From a virus: a stretch of DNA of 64,000 bases. The notes below the pieces were generated by a model. It did not search any database. It had not been told where the DNA came from and saw nothing but the letters and a program-made list of their open reading frames with translations. A program made the translations under genes and the position numbers. The DNA is taken from the IMG/VR virus record IMGVR_UViG_3300037488_003551, positions 96,001-160,000 of that record. One strand, given 5' to 3'. Positions 10,718 through 20,863 of this stretch are shown piece after piece (the stretch's first letter is position 1; each line of letters opens with the position of its first letter).

Positions 10718-13700
10718 GTGGGATTCAAGTACGGAAATCTCGAAGGTACTCGTAAGCCTTTTCATATTGGTATTGGTACACAGGACGCGAGCGCGCAGCT
10801 GCAGGCCGATGCGACTGACAAGGGATTCCTCCCTCCCCGAATGACGACGGCTCAGAGAGCAGCCATCGTGGCCCCTGCTGAGGGCCTGTTGGTCTTCGAT
10901 ACGGATTTCGACGAGTACTACGTCTTCAAGTCTGCGAGCTGGAAGCAGCTGAGCGGGGTCCACGTGGGCGACCTCGCCTACTACGTGGACGGAACGAGTG
11001 GCAGTGACGCCAATGGCGGCACGGGCTGGGGAGACGCCAAGAAGACCTTCACGTTCATCCGTGAGACCTCGAAGGAAATCCCCCGAGTCATCATCGGCAA
11101 CCTGACCCTCAACGTGCGAGGGGTGGTTTGCTCGACGGATAATGTCCACAACTTGAATATTAAATCGTTCGTAGTGAGCGGCGGCATTTACGTTGCAGGC
11201 GAGATGACGGACGTGCACACAGGCCTAGCAGTCGTAGGCTTCGAGAATACGACGTCTGTCATTTCGCATCATAGCTACATCACGACTCCGGGTGAGGGTT
11301 GGGTCGCGGGGGACTTCAAAGGTTTCTACGTCATCATCACGGCTGGTACGGGCGCGGGCTCGACCTATTATCCGATTCTCGATAATACGGACGAGAGGTT
11401 GGAGCTCATTAATCTCCCAGACCTCTCAGTGACGAGCGTCTATTCGATTGTTTCCCCGTCAGAGATTCGTGGAGCTCTGGTTGCAGACCCGAGCACCTTG
11501 ATTGCGTACGTGGATGAGTTCCTTGAGGAGCAGGATAATAACGCGGCATATCTGCGTTTTAGTAAGTTGCTTATTACAGCGAATGACTCATTAACACCTG
11601 CTAACTATATTCGAGTAGGGAGTAGGTCCTCTATATCCCAAACAGATTGGTATAACTGTTCTATTAATTCTACATTTCAACAAGTTGAAAGTGGCGGACA
11701 CTATTTTCATTATTGTTGGGCCAGTTTAGATAATTACAGACTATGGACCTCGAGTGGTGGGGCTATTGGAAGTGGAGCTTTGGTTATTTATAGTTCTGTC
11801 TTTTACGCGTCGGGGACTACAGGGGGTGGTATTAAATATTATATGACACCTTTAGCGATATCACTGAGCCGTTTTAAAGGACAAGACCTCGCCATTGGTT
11901 ATTACGGCGCCACATACATTGAACTTTATGATTTATTTTTCGATAGCTGTAATATCGGATTAAGCGTATCTTGTTCGTCTGTTTACGTAGACGGTCAGCA
12001 TCGTTTTAAAGATACGCTTACAGCTATTTCTGTTTTAGGCGGACAACTTGTTTCTGCCGATAGCGCCACATACCTAACTGATACGGTAACGACCGAAATC
12101 TCGTTAGGTGGCGGAGAGACCTATGACTTCGCGGATATCGGTACGAAGAATATCTCGAATGCGGCGATGGGTTCTTCTGTCGTTGTTTTTAATTGGACAA
12201 CGGGACTCGTAGACCATGTCGAAGAGTACGATGGTACTACCTCGGGTCTTGTCGCAACCAAGTATCAAACAGCTATTGATGAACTAGCAGCGAATCAAGA
12301 GTCCGAAGCTATTACCTCTCCACTTACGATGTACGTGGATGGAACGACTGGCGATGACGCGAATGACGGCTTAGCGTGGGGCACAGCAAAAAAGACTTTG
12401 GGATTTCTTGTTGCAGGGCAAACCGATGCGCTGCCTAGAGAGATTAACGCCGCAGTTACCATCAATATTCGTAATGATATAAGGGCTAGAAGTAACTCTG
12501 TTCCGCCTTTATCTGTGAGAGATTTTTATGGTTCTGGTTCAATTACTCTGACAGGAGTTCTTACGTCGGTTGAAACTTTTACAGCTTCCACATATGAAAA
12601 TGATTTAAGTGTAAGAAAATCTCGATTATGGATTACGGACGGAACTAAGTCCTGGACTTCGAATCAATGGAGAAGGCACTTTGTAGATATTGGTAGTGGC
12701 TATTATTATCCAGTACGAGGTAATACGGGGACTAAACTTAATTTATGTAGTATTCAGTCTATTACAGGGACTCCCGCAGGTACAATATATTCAGCGCCTG
12801 AAATTCTCACTGAAGTTGTAACTAATCCGGGCACCAAGTACGATTTTGCACATCCGGGCTCCTTTAATGTTAGACAAAATACTATATCAATCTTTATAAA
12901 TAATTTGTGGTTTGATGAGTATTCCTACGTAGATTCTATGTTTGAGATAGTACGTTGTAATAGGGTAGAGCTTATTCGCGTAGCATTGGCTGATTTACTT
13001 TTAGAGTCATGTGATTTTGTATCCATAGTTTCTTGTTATTCGGACCTAACTGAATCTAAATATTCTCTCTTCGAGCACGCACATGTAGAAATTTTTTATT
13101 CTGTTATTGATAGTACGGATTCCACTGGGTATGGTATTTATTTTAATGGAGAAGTTCTGTTAAGGTTATATTCCACTTGGATGGGTAATCAGATTACAGG
13201 ATATTGGTTAGGGGCAAGTTCTCATATTTGGTTGTACGAAGGCGTCTATTTAGAAAATATTACTGACGGTATACTCCTATTTGATTCTACTTTTCACTAC
13301 GAAAACGGTGGAGTAAATGCAATACGTTTTGATACTGTAACGAAGGCTTTTAGTGGTTCTGGAGATATTATCGTATCTCAGGGACCAGAATTTTTAGGAT
13401 GGGACGTAACACAAGATATTGCCTTTTCGGCTGTAGACACTGGAACATTTGCGGAGTTAGATGCAGGTACTTTATCTAGTAGGGGTAATATCTCAATTAC
13501 TTATTTGGATGCTGATTATAGAGCGGTAGTGCTTCCAGAATACGACAACACGACCTCGGGCCTGGCGGCCACACGCTACCAGACCGCCATCGACGAGCTC
13601 GCCAACCGGGTTATTGTCGCGGACGAGACCTACTACGTTGACGGCACGAGCGGTGACGATGCTGCTGACGGGCTCGGATGGGGCACGGCGAAGAAGACCT

Positions 13701-13810
13701 TCGCGTTCCTGCGCACGGCCTATGGCGAGGTGCGTCCGCTCGTGACCTTCCGCGTGTACGCGCGAGGGACGGTGCTTTCCGTAGACAACGTGGGGCATCT
13801 TATGCCTTGA
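10718..13810 (+). CDS. Modular tail fibre / receptor-binding protein (two full modules plus a truncated third)
   Basis: N-terminal KGFLPPRMTTAQRAAI motif; three YVDGT-G-D-xx-G-W-xxAKKT module starts (~10980, ~12329, ~13631); linkers EYDxTTSGLxAxxYQTAIDELA. Confidence 0.65.
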   Translation: MGFKYGNLEGTRKPFHIGIGTQDASAQLQADATDKGFLPPRMTTAQRAAIVAPAEGLLVFDTDFDEYYVFKSASWKQLSGVHVGDLAYYVDGTSGSDANGGTGWGDAKKTFTFIRETSKEIPRVIIGNLTLNVRGVVCSTDNVHNLNIKSFVVSGGIYVAGEMTDVHTGLAVVGFENTTSVISHHSYITTPGEGWVAGDFKGFYVIITAGTGAGSTYYPILDNTDERLELINLPDLSVTSVYSIVSPSEIRGALVADPSTLIAYVDEFLEEQDNNAAYLRFSKLLITANDSLTPANYIRVGSRSSISQTDWYNCSINSTFQQVESGGHYFHYCWASLDNYRLWTSSGGAIGSGALVIYSSVFYASGTTGGGIKYYMTPLAISLSRFKGQDLAIGYYGATYIELYDLFFDSCNIGLSVSCSSVYVDGQHRFKDTLTAISVLGGQLVSADSATYLTDTVTTEISLGGGETYDFADIGTKNISNAAMGSSVVVFNWTTGLVDHVEEYDGTTSGLVATKYQTAIDELAANQESEAITSPLTMYVDGTTGDDANDGLAWGTAKKTLGFLVAGQTDALPREINAAVTINIRNDIRARSNSVPPLSVRDFYGSGSITLTGVLTSVETFTASTYENDLSVRKSRLWITDGTKSWTSNQWRRHFVDIGSGYYYPVRGNTGTKLNLCSIQSITGTPAGTIYSAPEILTEVVTNPGTKYDFAHPGSFNVRQNTISIFINNLWFDEYSYVDSMFEIVRCNRVELIRVALADLLLESCDFVSIVSCYSDLTESKYSLFEHAHVEIFYSVIDSTDSTGYGIYFNGEVLLRLYSTWMGNQITGYWLGASSHIWLYEGVYLENITDGILLFDSTFHYENGGVNAIRFDTVTKAFSGSGDIIVSQGPEFLGWDVTQDIAFSAVDTGTFAELDAGTLSSRGNISITYLDADYRAVVLPEYDNTTSGLAATRYQTAIDELANRVIVADETYYVDGTSGDDAADGLGWGTAKKTFAFLRTAYGEVRPLVTFRVYARGTVLSVDNVGHLMP

Positions 13811-16200
13811 CTGAGGCGACTTCAGCTGTAAACCGTTTCTTTAATTTCTTTATATACGGTACGGCTGACATGCATACGCCTGTGTACTGTTTTGCGGAAA
13901 CCGTAACATCAACGGTTGCGACTAATAACGGATATAATAATGCGACAGCTGCGCGTGCGATTCCATTTCCGGCTCTTTCCGCTTTCAATTTATCTCCAGA
14001 ACTTAAGCCTTTATACCGTTTAATTGTGCGCGCAGACGGGCAGGTTCAGGCCATTACAAGTGCGGATGATTATCGTTTGGTATCGTCATTGCCCCTATCT
14101 GCGGGTATTACAGGTACTACGGCTTCTTCTGTCTCGTTCACGCCCGCGGGGGATATAGCTTCTTCAAACGTGCAGCTTGCGCTCGAGGAGCTCGACGCGG
14201 AGAAGGCTGCTCTTTCAGCTATTCCTGCGTTCGAGGCCTCTACGGCGAACATTCTCATGGACGGTACGGTCAGCGTGGGCGACACAACAGTCGTCCCTAG
14301 GTCGAACCACCGACATCCTACGGATACGACGCGCCTCGCGGCCACGCGCGGCAATTGGAAAGCTTTTCACAGTAATGGATCGGGTGTGTTTTCTGAAATA
14401 GCGCTCGGCGCAGCTGGCACAGTGCTCAAGGGCAATGGAGTTGCAGCGGCACCTTCTTTTGGTGCTGTGGGTGCGGTGTTCCCCGTTTTCAACGTTAAAG
14501 ACTACGGCGCGATTGGTAACGGGGTGGCGGATGATACGACGGCAATTCGCAATACACTCACTGCGGTGGGGGCGTCGGGTGAGCGTGGTTCGACTGTTTA
14601 TTTCCCCGGTGGCATTTATGTGACCACAGGTACTATCACGGTGAACGACACCGCGTTGACCTTCCGTGGCCCAGGTATGGGCGCGGCCTTGATCAACCCG
14701 ACGAGCACGAACATTCCGGTCTTCCAGCTCACGGCCGGCAACGAGTTCATCACGTTCCGCGATCTGGATATTGGAACCATCACAGCACAGGTCGCGGGCT
14801 CGAGCTTCATCGACACCAACGGCGCGCATAACGTGCTGATCGACCGCGTCAATATGTTCGGCTGGTTCTATGGCATCTACATCCGCGGCGCGTCCGGCAA
14901 GGTCACTGTGAGCAACGTTCAGCTCAAGGACGGCGTGGCGACTACCGGGGTGGGCGTCTACATCGACAACAGCACGGCGACGGACGTGAACCTTGGCCCG
15001 TGGGTCATGGTGACAAACGCGACCGGCGCAAAGCCTTTGGCGGGGGTCCTGATCAAGGCCTGCGGCGGGTTCAGCCTGAACAACGTCACGGTTAATAACA
15101 CGACGCATGGCATTCAACTTTATCCAAGCAGTGGCGCCTTAGTGCAATACGGGCGTATAACGGACTGCGTCTTCGACCTTACTGGGACAAATGGTGCCTA
15201 CATTTACACGCCGACACAGGCGTCTCCAGGTCAGGTGCGCAGCATCAAGTTCATCGGATGCTTATTCAGTAATGCCAATGTGGCTGGCATCGGCTACGGC
15301 GTCACGTTGGAAGGCGCGAGTAATGGCGTGATGGATGATGTGTCGTTTGATTCCTGCCGCATCTTTGGGAACGGCCGGCACGGCATCAACTATCTATTCG
15401 GCAGCAACATCCGCGTCAATGGCTCGACGATCTCGGGCAATTCGGCTGCGTCTTCTAATACATATGATGGTATCTCTGTTGCGGCTAATCTTTCAGACTT
15501 TGAAATCTTAAGTAATCGCATTGGCCAGTCGGGACCAGCTGCTAATACGCAACGTTATGCGGTCAATATTGCCGCGGGCACCTCGGACCGTTATCAGATT
15601 GTGGGTAACGATGTCGGGTTGAACAATACTGCGCCGTACATCCTCGACGGCGGCACAGGCGTCTTCAAACGCATTCTGCAGAACGGCAACGCGATGCCAA
15701 TCTCGCATATGCCCGCGCTGTCTGCGGCCGTGCAATCTCTTTCGGTTGCAGCCAATCTTTTAACGGGTTCTCGTATAAGTCTTCCAGTGAACAGTTTGCT
15801 CGTGGGTACGCGGTTCTGTTGGGAGATCGTATTGACCAAGACGGCGGCGGGCACGGCGACGTGGGAACTCCAGGTGAAGTTTGGTGTCAATGGAACGACT
15901 GCAGACGCGGCCATCGCCTCGTGGACAAGCGGTACTAACACGGCGGCTATTGACCAGTGCCGCTTGCGAATTGTGTGCGACATCCTCACGCTGGGGGCCT
16001 CGGCTACGGCACGATGCAACGCGTTTTATTGTCAGACGTTGACGAGTGTGACCGGGCTCGGTCGTATTAATGGTGCGCCGAGCTCTACGGCAACGTTCAA
16101 CTCGGCATCGAGTCCGGCCTTTATTCACATCGGTGTGACGCCTGGCACGAGTGCTGTCATGACGTCGATGTGCGAAGCGCAGATTATCGGCGCTGGCTGA
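13678..16200 (+). CDS. Tailspike/depolymerase with pectate-lyase-3-like parallel beta-helix; N-terminus probably truncated (credible coding starts ~13800)
   Basis: FNVKDYGAIGNGVADDTTAI...VYFPGGIY motif followed by beta-helix repeats; the first ~40 aa are an out-of-frame reading of the upstream gene. Confidence 0.7.
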   Translation: MGHGEEDLRVPAHGLWRGASARDLPRVRARDGAFRRQRGASYALTEATSAVNRFFNFFIYGTADMHTPVYCFAETVTSTVATNNGYNNATAARAIPFPALSAFNLSPELKPLYRLIVRADGQVQAITSADDYRLVSSLPLSAGITGTTASSVSFTPAGDIASSNVQLALEELDAEKAALSAIPAFEASTANILMDGTVSVGDTTVVPRSNHRHPTDTTRLAATRGNWKAFHSNGSGVFSEIALGAAGTVLKGNGVAAAPSFGAVGAVFPVFNVKDYGAIGNGVADDTTAIRNTLTAVGASGERGSTVYFPGGIYVTTGTITVNDTALTFRGPGMGAALINPTSTNIPVFQLTAGNEFITFRDLDIGTITAQVAGSSFIDTNGAHNVLIDRVNMFGWFYGIYIRGASGKVTVSNVQLKDGVATTGVGVYIDNSTATDVNLGPWVMVTNATGAKPLAGVLIKACGGFSLNNVTVNNTTHGIQLYPSSGALVQYGRITDCVFDLTGTNGAYIYTPTQASPGQVRSIKFIGCLFSNANVAGIGYGVTLEGASNGVMDDVSFDSCRIFGNGRHGINYLFGSNIRVNGSTISGNSAASSNTYDGISVAANLSDFEILSNRIGQSGPAANTQRYAVNIAAGTSDRYQIVGNDVGLNNTAPYILDGGTGVFKRILQNGNAMPISHMPALSAAVQSLSVAANLLTGSRISLPVNSLLVGTRFCWEIVLTKTAAGTATWELQVKFGVNGTTADAAIASWTSGTNTAAIDQCRLRIVCDILTLGASATARCNAFYCQTLTSVTGLGRINGAPSSTATFNSASSPAFIHIGVTPGTSAVMTSMCEAQIIGAG

Positions 16201-16255
16201 TCCTATAAAGCTGGAGATTAGATGGGGGGATGGGGGAGTTAGAGGAGAACTAACT

Positions 16256-18088
16256 TCAGATTTGGCGTCCGATTACGAACACATCAATTTCGAGTGTGCC
16301 CGCGCCGGTCTCGGCGGTCTCCACGTTGACGTACAGCGTGGCGTTGCCAGCCACGGGGACTGCGTGTGCGGGGAGAGGGAACATGCGTGCGGTATCGACA
16401 GCACCGATGCTTGTGAGGGCGATGGCGGCTGCGATTTGCGCGCCGTCCGCGGCGGTACCGATGTTGATGGTTCCATCGGCATTGACTGCGCCTACGTTCA
16501 CCGAGCTCTTGATCATGACGTGCGTGGCGAGGAAGCGTTTTCCTACCAGACCGTTCAGAGCTCCGCTGTGCTCGTGTTCATCGGTCTTCATGTCGAGACC
16601 AGTGACGCTCATGAAGACGTGGTCGTCTGCGATGGCGGCCAAGGTGGTCGCTTGAGCTGCCGTCATGAAGCCCGAGCTCACGCCCGCGACCACGTCGGAA
16701 TGCAGTGTCCCACCGAGCTGATTCCCGTGCGCGTGCACGTGATCATCGGGAGAGGGAACGATGCTTGTTCCGGCTGCTGCGACACCAACGGCGGCGGCAG
16801 TGGCCGCGGAAGCAACGGGCACTGCTCTGGCGAGGGTTTTCCAGCGACCTACCGCGACGCACTGGAATGTCACGCTGGCGTAGTTCTTATTGATGGCGAT
16901 GGGAGCGTTCACACCATCGATGGTGTCCGTTGCGTTCGGTGTGATGGTAATGGCATTGGCGCCAGCTCCACCTGTGACGTCGCTGACGGTGATTTTTCGT
17001 CCAGCCATAATGGCGGTCGCGGCCGGAAGTGCCATCGCAGAGGGGCCAGCGATGGTTGCGGTGTCGACGAAGTTCACTGAGTCGCCCGCGGGAACCACGA
17101 TGGGAGTGACGGATGCAACCTGAACGGTTTCTTTGTCCCCGAGGGTTGCCCAGGTGGCGCCGGTCCAGACGATGACATCGCCGGCTTGGAAGGTGAGGCC
17201 GGTGTTGGTGTAGGTCGCGCCTGCGTTGTCGACGGTGTAGGCGGTGACCCGATAGGTGTAACCGCGCTTGACGAGAGCGACGAGGGGGAAGTCTGTTGAG
17301 AGGGCAATGGTTCCCATCTCGAGCATGGCGTTTGCGTTGCTGAGAACGACCCAGCCCGAGGTGCGCCAGACGATCATGTCGCCGAGGAGGAAAGCTTGTC
17401 CGGTATTCGTCTTGGTGGCGTCGTTGTCGGTGACTGCCGCGGTGCAGTAATAGGCGTAGCCGTCACGAACGCCTGTGGTGGCGGTAGCGACTGGGGGTGG
17501 GAAGTCCGAGGCGATTGCGATGCTGCCCTTGAGTTGGAAGGGTCCGGTGAGTGTTTTGCCTAGGCGTACCCAGGTAGAACCATCCCACACGATTTCTTCG
17601 CTAGGCGTAAAAACAAGACCTGTATTCGTGTAGGTCGCGCCCGCGTTGTCCGTCACGTCTGCGGTGATGGTGTAGAGCCATCCGGACAGAACGTTGGCGA
17701 TAAGTGGAAAGCTGGTGTTTACAGCGATAGAGCCCTTATAGAGGAAGGGACTGGGCATCGCTGTAATTGAGAGCTGCAGCGCCGTGATGTCTTTTCGGAA
17801 AGAATTGAGCAGTGCCCAATCCGACCGATTGTAAGTCGTGTTGGGACCAGAGGTGCTGTCTGTTCCGGTTGGAGTCACCTCGATAAGCGCGACGGTGCAG
17901 AGACCAGCCGCTCGATAGGCCTCGATTTTGGTGCTGATTCGATGCCAGATATCCCAGTCGCACGTGAAGGTCTTCGACCCGTTTGCGGGGACGGTCTTAG
18001 AGAAGATTCCGTGAACGGGATGAGGGTCCTGAATAACCAGTGGACCGCCCAGGGAAGTAATGGTAACGGATAACTGCATGCGTTTCAT
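16256..18088 (-). CDS. Repeat-containing structural-like protein (three ~70-aa repeats)
   Basis: Repeats (K/M)G(S/T)IA..(S/D)FP...G..Y....TDN..T.TNTG..F...(D/E).IVW....W..L; near-identical 23-nt copies at 17208-17230 and 17628-17650. Confidence 0.6.
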   Translation of the reverse strand: MKRMQLSVTITSLGGPLVIQDPHPVHGIFSKTVPANGSKTFTCDWDIWHRISTKIEAYRAAGLCTVALIEVTPTGTDSTSGPNTTYNRSDWALLNSFRKDITALQLSITAMPSPFLYKGSIAVNTSFPLIANVLSGWLYTITADVTDNAGATYTNTGLVFTPSEEIVWDGSTWVRLGKTLTGPFQLKGSIAIASDFPPPVATATTGVRDGYAYYCTAAVTDNDATKTNTGQAFLLGDMIVWRTSGWVVLSNANAMLEMGTIALSTDFPLVALVKRGYTYRVTAYTVDNAGATYTNTGLTFQAGDVIVWTGATWATLGDKETVQVASVTPIVVPAGDSVNFVDTATIAGPSAMALPAATAIMAGRKITVSDVTGGAGANAITITPNATDTIDGVNAPIAINKNYASVTFQCVAVGRWKTLARAVPVASAATAAAVGVAAAGTSIVPSPDDHVHAHGNQLGGTLHSDVVAGVSSGFMTAAQATTLAAIADDHVFMSVTGLDMKTDEHEHSGALNGLVGKRFLATHVMIKSSVNVGAVNADGTINIGTAADGAQIAAAIALTSIGAVDTARMFPLPAHAVPVAGNATLYVNVETAETGAGTLEIDVFVIGRQI

Positions 18089-18174
18089 CCTTTGTTGCAG
18101 GGGCGGCCATTGGCCCCACCTTGTTGCTTCATTCCTCCAAAATATACTATCATTTGCAAGAAGCGAGGTGTCAT

Positions 18175-18750
18175 ATGCGAGTTACCTATGCGGGCGAAGC
18201 AGTAGTTGACCAATTTTCGGTGTGGAATGAAGCTGGAACTGCCAAAGTCTCTGGGCTCGTGACTTTTACGAAGCTCTCCTGGAAAAATGCAGTATCGCAG
18301 GTGATGACAATTGCCATTACGGAAATTGGAACTACTCCGGGCGAGTACATGATGGTTTTTACGCCTCCTTCAACGGGTTTCTGGAAAGTGGAGGTGACCG
18401 AGCCTTCATCTGGAGACGTTTTTACGAGTTTTTACGATGTGCAGTTGCGACCATATCGTTTGAGGATGTCCGCAGTCGATAATCGCACAAACGTCCGTTT
18501 CGCTATTTGGGCTGAAAATGAAGATGGTACACGTGCGAATGGATTCACGACGGTCAGCGCCTCTATCCTCGAACCAGACGGTACGCTAGTGGATAATATG
18601 GGGTCTGCGACTCCTACGAGTGACGGTGTATCTATATTCCTAGCGGATAGCACGGACGTGCCCTCGGGCGCGGAGTATATCGTCAAGGTTATTGGTACGC
18701 AGGGAGCTCTAACCTGGACGTATAACATCGGTTTTGCGAAGGTAGCATAG
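18175..18750 (+). CDS. Hypothetical beta-rich (Ig-like) protein
   Basis: ATG at 18175 preceded by GAGGTG RBS; 191 aa. Confidence 0.55.
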   Translation: MRVTYAGEAVVDQFSVWNEAGTAKVSGLVTFTKLSWKNAVSQVMTIAITEIGTTPGEYMMVFTPPSTGFWKVEVTEPSSGDVFTSFYDVQLRPYRLRMSAVDNRTNVRFAIWAENEDGTRANGFTTVSASILEPDGTLVDNMGSATPTSDGVSIFLADSTDVPSGAEYIVKVIGTQGALTWTYNIGFAKVA

Positions 18751-18758
18751 AAGGGCAA

Positions 18759-18938
18759 ATGCCCAAATTCCTAACAGCCCAGCAGCTATTTGAAGTCCTC
18801 CGAGTTCTTCCGGAAGAAGACCGCAAGCGGATGCGTGTCGTTGTCTCGGACGTAAACGATGAGCGGTCGGAAATTGATGATTATTTTCTTTGTATAAACC
18901 GAATTATTTTACACGTAAAACATTCTTTTAACAGCTAG
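18759..18938 (+). CDS. Small hypothetical protein (59 aa, not in the ORF track)
   Basis: Translated by hand: MPKFLTAQQLFEVLRVLPEEDRKRMRVVVSDVNDERSEIDDYFLCINRIILHVKHSFNS; fills the gap between two genes. Confidence 0.45.
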   Translation: MPKFLTAQQLFEVLRVLPEEDRKRMRVVVSDVNDERSEIDDYFLCINRIILHVKHSFNS

Positions 18939-19022
18939 AAAATTCCCTTTAAATCGTGGTACAAGAAGACGATCCACAAGGTGTGGTTCATTGATTTTTT
19001 GTTATCCCATCAAGGAGGGAAG

Positions 19023-19991
19023 ATGACGCTTCGCATCCTGCACCACAACGATCCGGATGGTTATGCTTCGGCTTATATTGTTTTTGATTTTGCTCTGAAA
19101 TCTGAGCTCGTGAATCTTGTTTCCGAGATTAAATTCCATTCGATGGCTTATGGGCAGCCTGTTCCGGTTGAGATTGATTATTCTCAAGACCGTGTAATCA
19201 TGGTCGATTTTTCCCTGCAGCCACTCCGTGCCATGGAAGAATTCGCGGCTCGATTTCCAGTAGGGCAATTCATTTGGATTGACCATCACCAGACCTCGAT
19301 TGACATGGAAGAGCTTTCTTCTTTTGGGTTGAAAGACATCCCAGGCATACGAGAGGTTTCGGATAAGAAGGGCAGACCTACCGCAGCCTGTGAGCTCACG
19401 TGGCAGTTCTTTTTTCCAGGAGAAGATTTGCCTCCAGGAATCGAAATGCTAGGGGGATGGGATACTTGGAGATACGTCAAAGAGGAAGATTCTCGTTCCA
19501 AGTTCTTTATCCAGTACTGCAATTCTATAAACTGCACACCGTATTCACAAGAAGGTCAAACATTTTGGGAGAATATTTTACTCGCTAACGACAACCCTCA
19601 CGATTGGCTTTATGAGAATGTTTTAAGGGAAGGTGAGGCTATTGACCGTTTTCGTACGAATGACAACGTGAAGCGCATCAAGGGCTCGGGTTTTGCAGGA
19701 AAGTTTGGTGGGTACTCAGCTATCATGGTAAACGACGCGGGAGGGTCTCTTCTTTTCGAAGGGTTCAAGCCGGCGCCGTCTGAAGTGGATTTGATGGTGG
19801 CGTTCAAGTTCACAAAGAACGGGTATTTCACTGTGAGCTTGTACAGCGTGCAGGAGCACATCGACTGTGGAGCCATCGCGAAGAAGCTCGGGGAAGCGGG
19901 TCCTATCCCTTCTGGTGGTGGTCACAAGGGCGCGGCTGGGTTTCAGTGTAATTGGTCGTATTTAGAGTCTATCATCGAAAGGAATGTGTGA
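19023..19991 (+). CDS. DHH/DHHA1 family phosphoesterase
   Basis: Motifs HHNDPDG, MVDFS, IDHH and C-terminal GGGHKGAAG; AAGGAGG RBS before the ATG at 19023. Confidence 0.85.
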   Translation: MTLRILHHNDPDGYASAYIVFDFALKSELVNLVSEIKFHSMAYGQPVPVEIDYSQDRVIMVDFSLQPLRAMEEFAARFPVGQFIWIDHHQTSIDMEELSSFGLKDIPGIREVSDKKGRPTAACELTWQFFFPGEDLPPGIEMLGGWDTWRYVKEEDSRSKFFIQYCNSINCTPYSQEGQTFWENILLANDNPHDWLYENVLREGEAIDRFRTNDNVKRIKGSGFAGKFGGYSAIMVNDAGGSLLFEGFKPAPSEVDLMVAFKFTKNGYFTVSLYSVQEHIDCGAIAKKLGEAGPIPSGGGHKGAAGFQCNWSYLESIIERNV

Positions 19992-19993
19992 GG

Positions 19994-20341
19994 ATGTCAA
20001 GAGTTAAGATTAAACCAAAAGCATCAGTACGTAGTGTGACGCGCGACGCCGAGAAGTACCTCGAGGAGCTCCAGGGGATTAACGAGCGCCTGAAACAGGC
20101 TAACAACCAGCTCGCGCAAGCGCACGTGGCCATGCACGGGTGGGTGAAGGTCTTGGAGGAGCGAGTGGTGAAGCTAGAGGCGCACCTGGGCCTCCTTCCG
20201 AAGCCGGAAGTTCTTGCTGAGCCAGTTGCGGGTGAGGCTCTTGAAGGGCCACGCGTAGAAGTAAGCGCGCCCGGAGAGACCCTGGACGTAGTCCTCTATA
20301 CACCCGGCATAATCCAAACCCAGGCCGTCGATAGCCAGTAG
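19994..20341 (+). CDS. Hypothetical coiled-coil protein
   Basis: ATG after GAGG; heptad-like LEELQGINERLKQANNQL; 3' end overlaps the convergent gene. Confidence 0.45.
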   Translation: MSRVKIKPKASVRSVTRDAEKYLEELQGINERLKQANNQLAQAHVAMHGWVKVLEERVVKLEAHLGLLPKPEVLAEPVAGEALEGPRVEVSAPGETLDVVLYTPGIIQTQAVDSQ

Positions 20342-20713
20342 TTCTTCGAGAACGGCATTTCTTTCTACGCGATATCTCCCGTAAGCAAAGAGGATGGGGA
20401 AGGGAAGAAAGAGGTAGATAATTAATCCAAATACGAGGCCGAAGCGTTTGAAGAACTTTAGGTGTTCGGCCTCGTGTTTGAGCGTAACATAGGTAGTTTC
20501 CAGAGGTGTTTCGTTGTAATCCCAATTGCTAGGCATGTAGATGAGTTTACCTAGAGTGCTTGCACGTTTTAAAAAGTTATTATCACTGCTAGAGGTTAGG
20601 TCATTCCAGATATCGTTTATAACGTGGCACCAACCATTTATATTTTTCTTTCGTACGACGCCTGCATCGATGAGCTTGTCACAAAAATTACGCATAACTT
20701 CTTTGGAGACCAT
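20174..20713 (-). CDS. Putative membrane zinc metallopeptidase-like protein
   Basis: HEAEH (HExxH) followed by a hydrophobic segment and a downstream E (VERNA); AAGGAG upstream. Confidence 0.55.
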   Translation of the reverse strand: MVSKEVMRNFCDKLIDAGVVRKKNINGWCHVINDIWNDLTSSSDNNFLKRASTLGKLIYMPSNWDYNETPLETTYVTLKHEAEHLKFFKRFGLVFGLIIYLFLPFPILFAYGRYRVERNAVLEELLAIDGLGLDYAGCIEDYVQGLSGRAYFYAWPFKSLTRNWLSKNFRLRKEAQVRL

Positions 20714-20863
20714 TCCGAGCTCCTTTTGAACGTGATAGGGTGCCGTGTGTAAAGTTTAGGACGAATAGGAGATGTGTCGATGTTTGGGAAGAGTGGGACG
20801 ACCTATGAAGCTACTTTTGATGTGGTAAATCCGCAATTCTGAATGAATTAATTCGGGAGGCCT

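Noticed and set aside
10587-10844. Stop-codon readthrough or frameshift joining the 9777 gene to the 10718 fibre gene
   Set aside because: The readthrough frame is out of phase with the fibre gene, the fibre frame has a TAA at 10688-10690, and there is no valid slippery site
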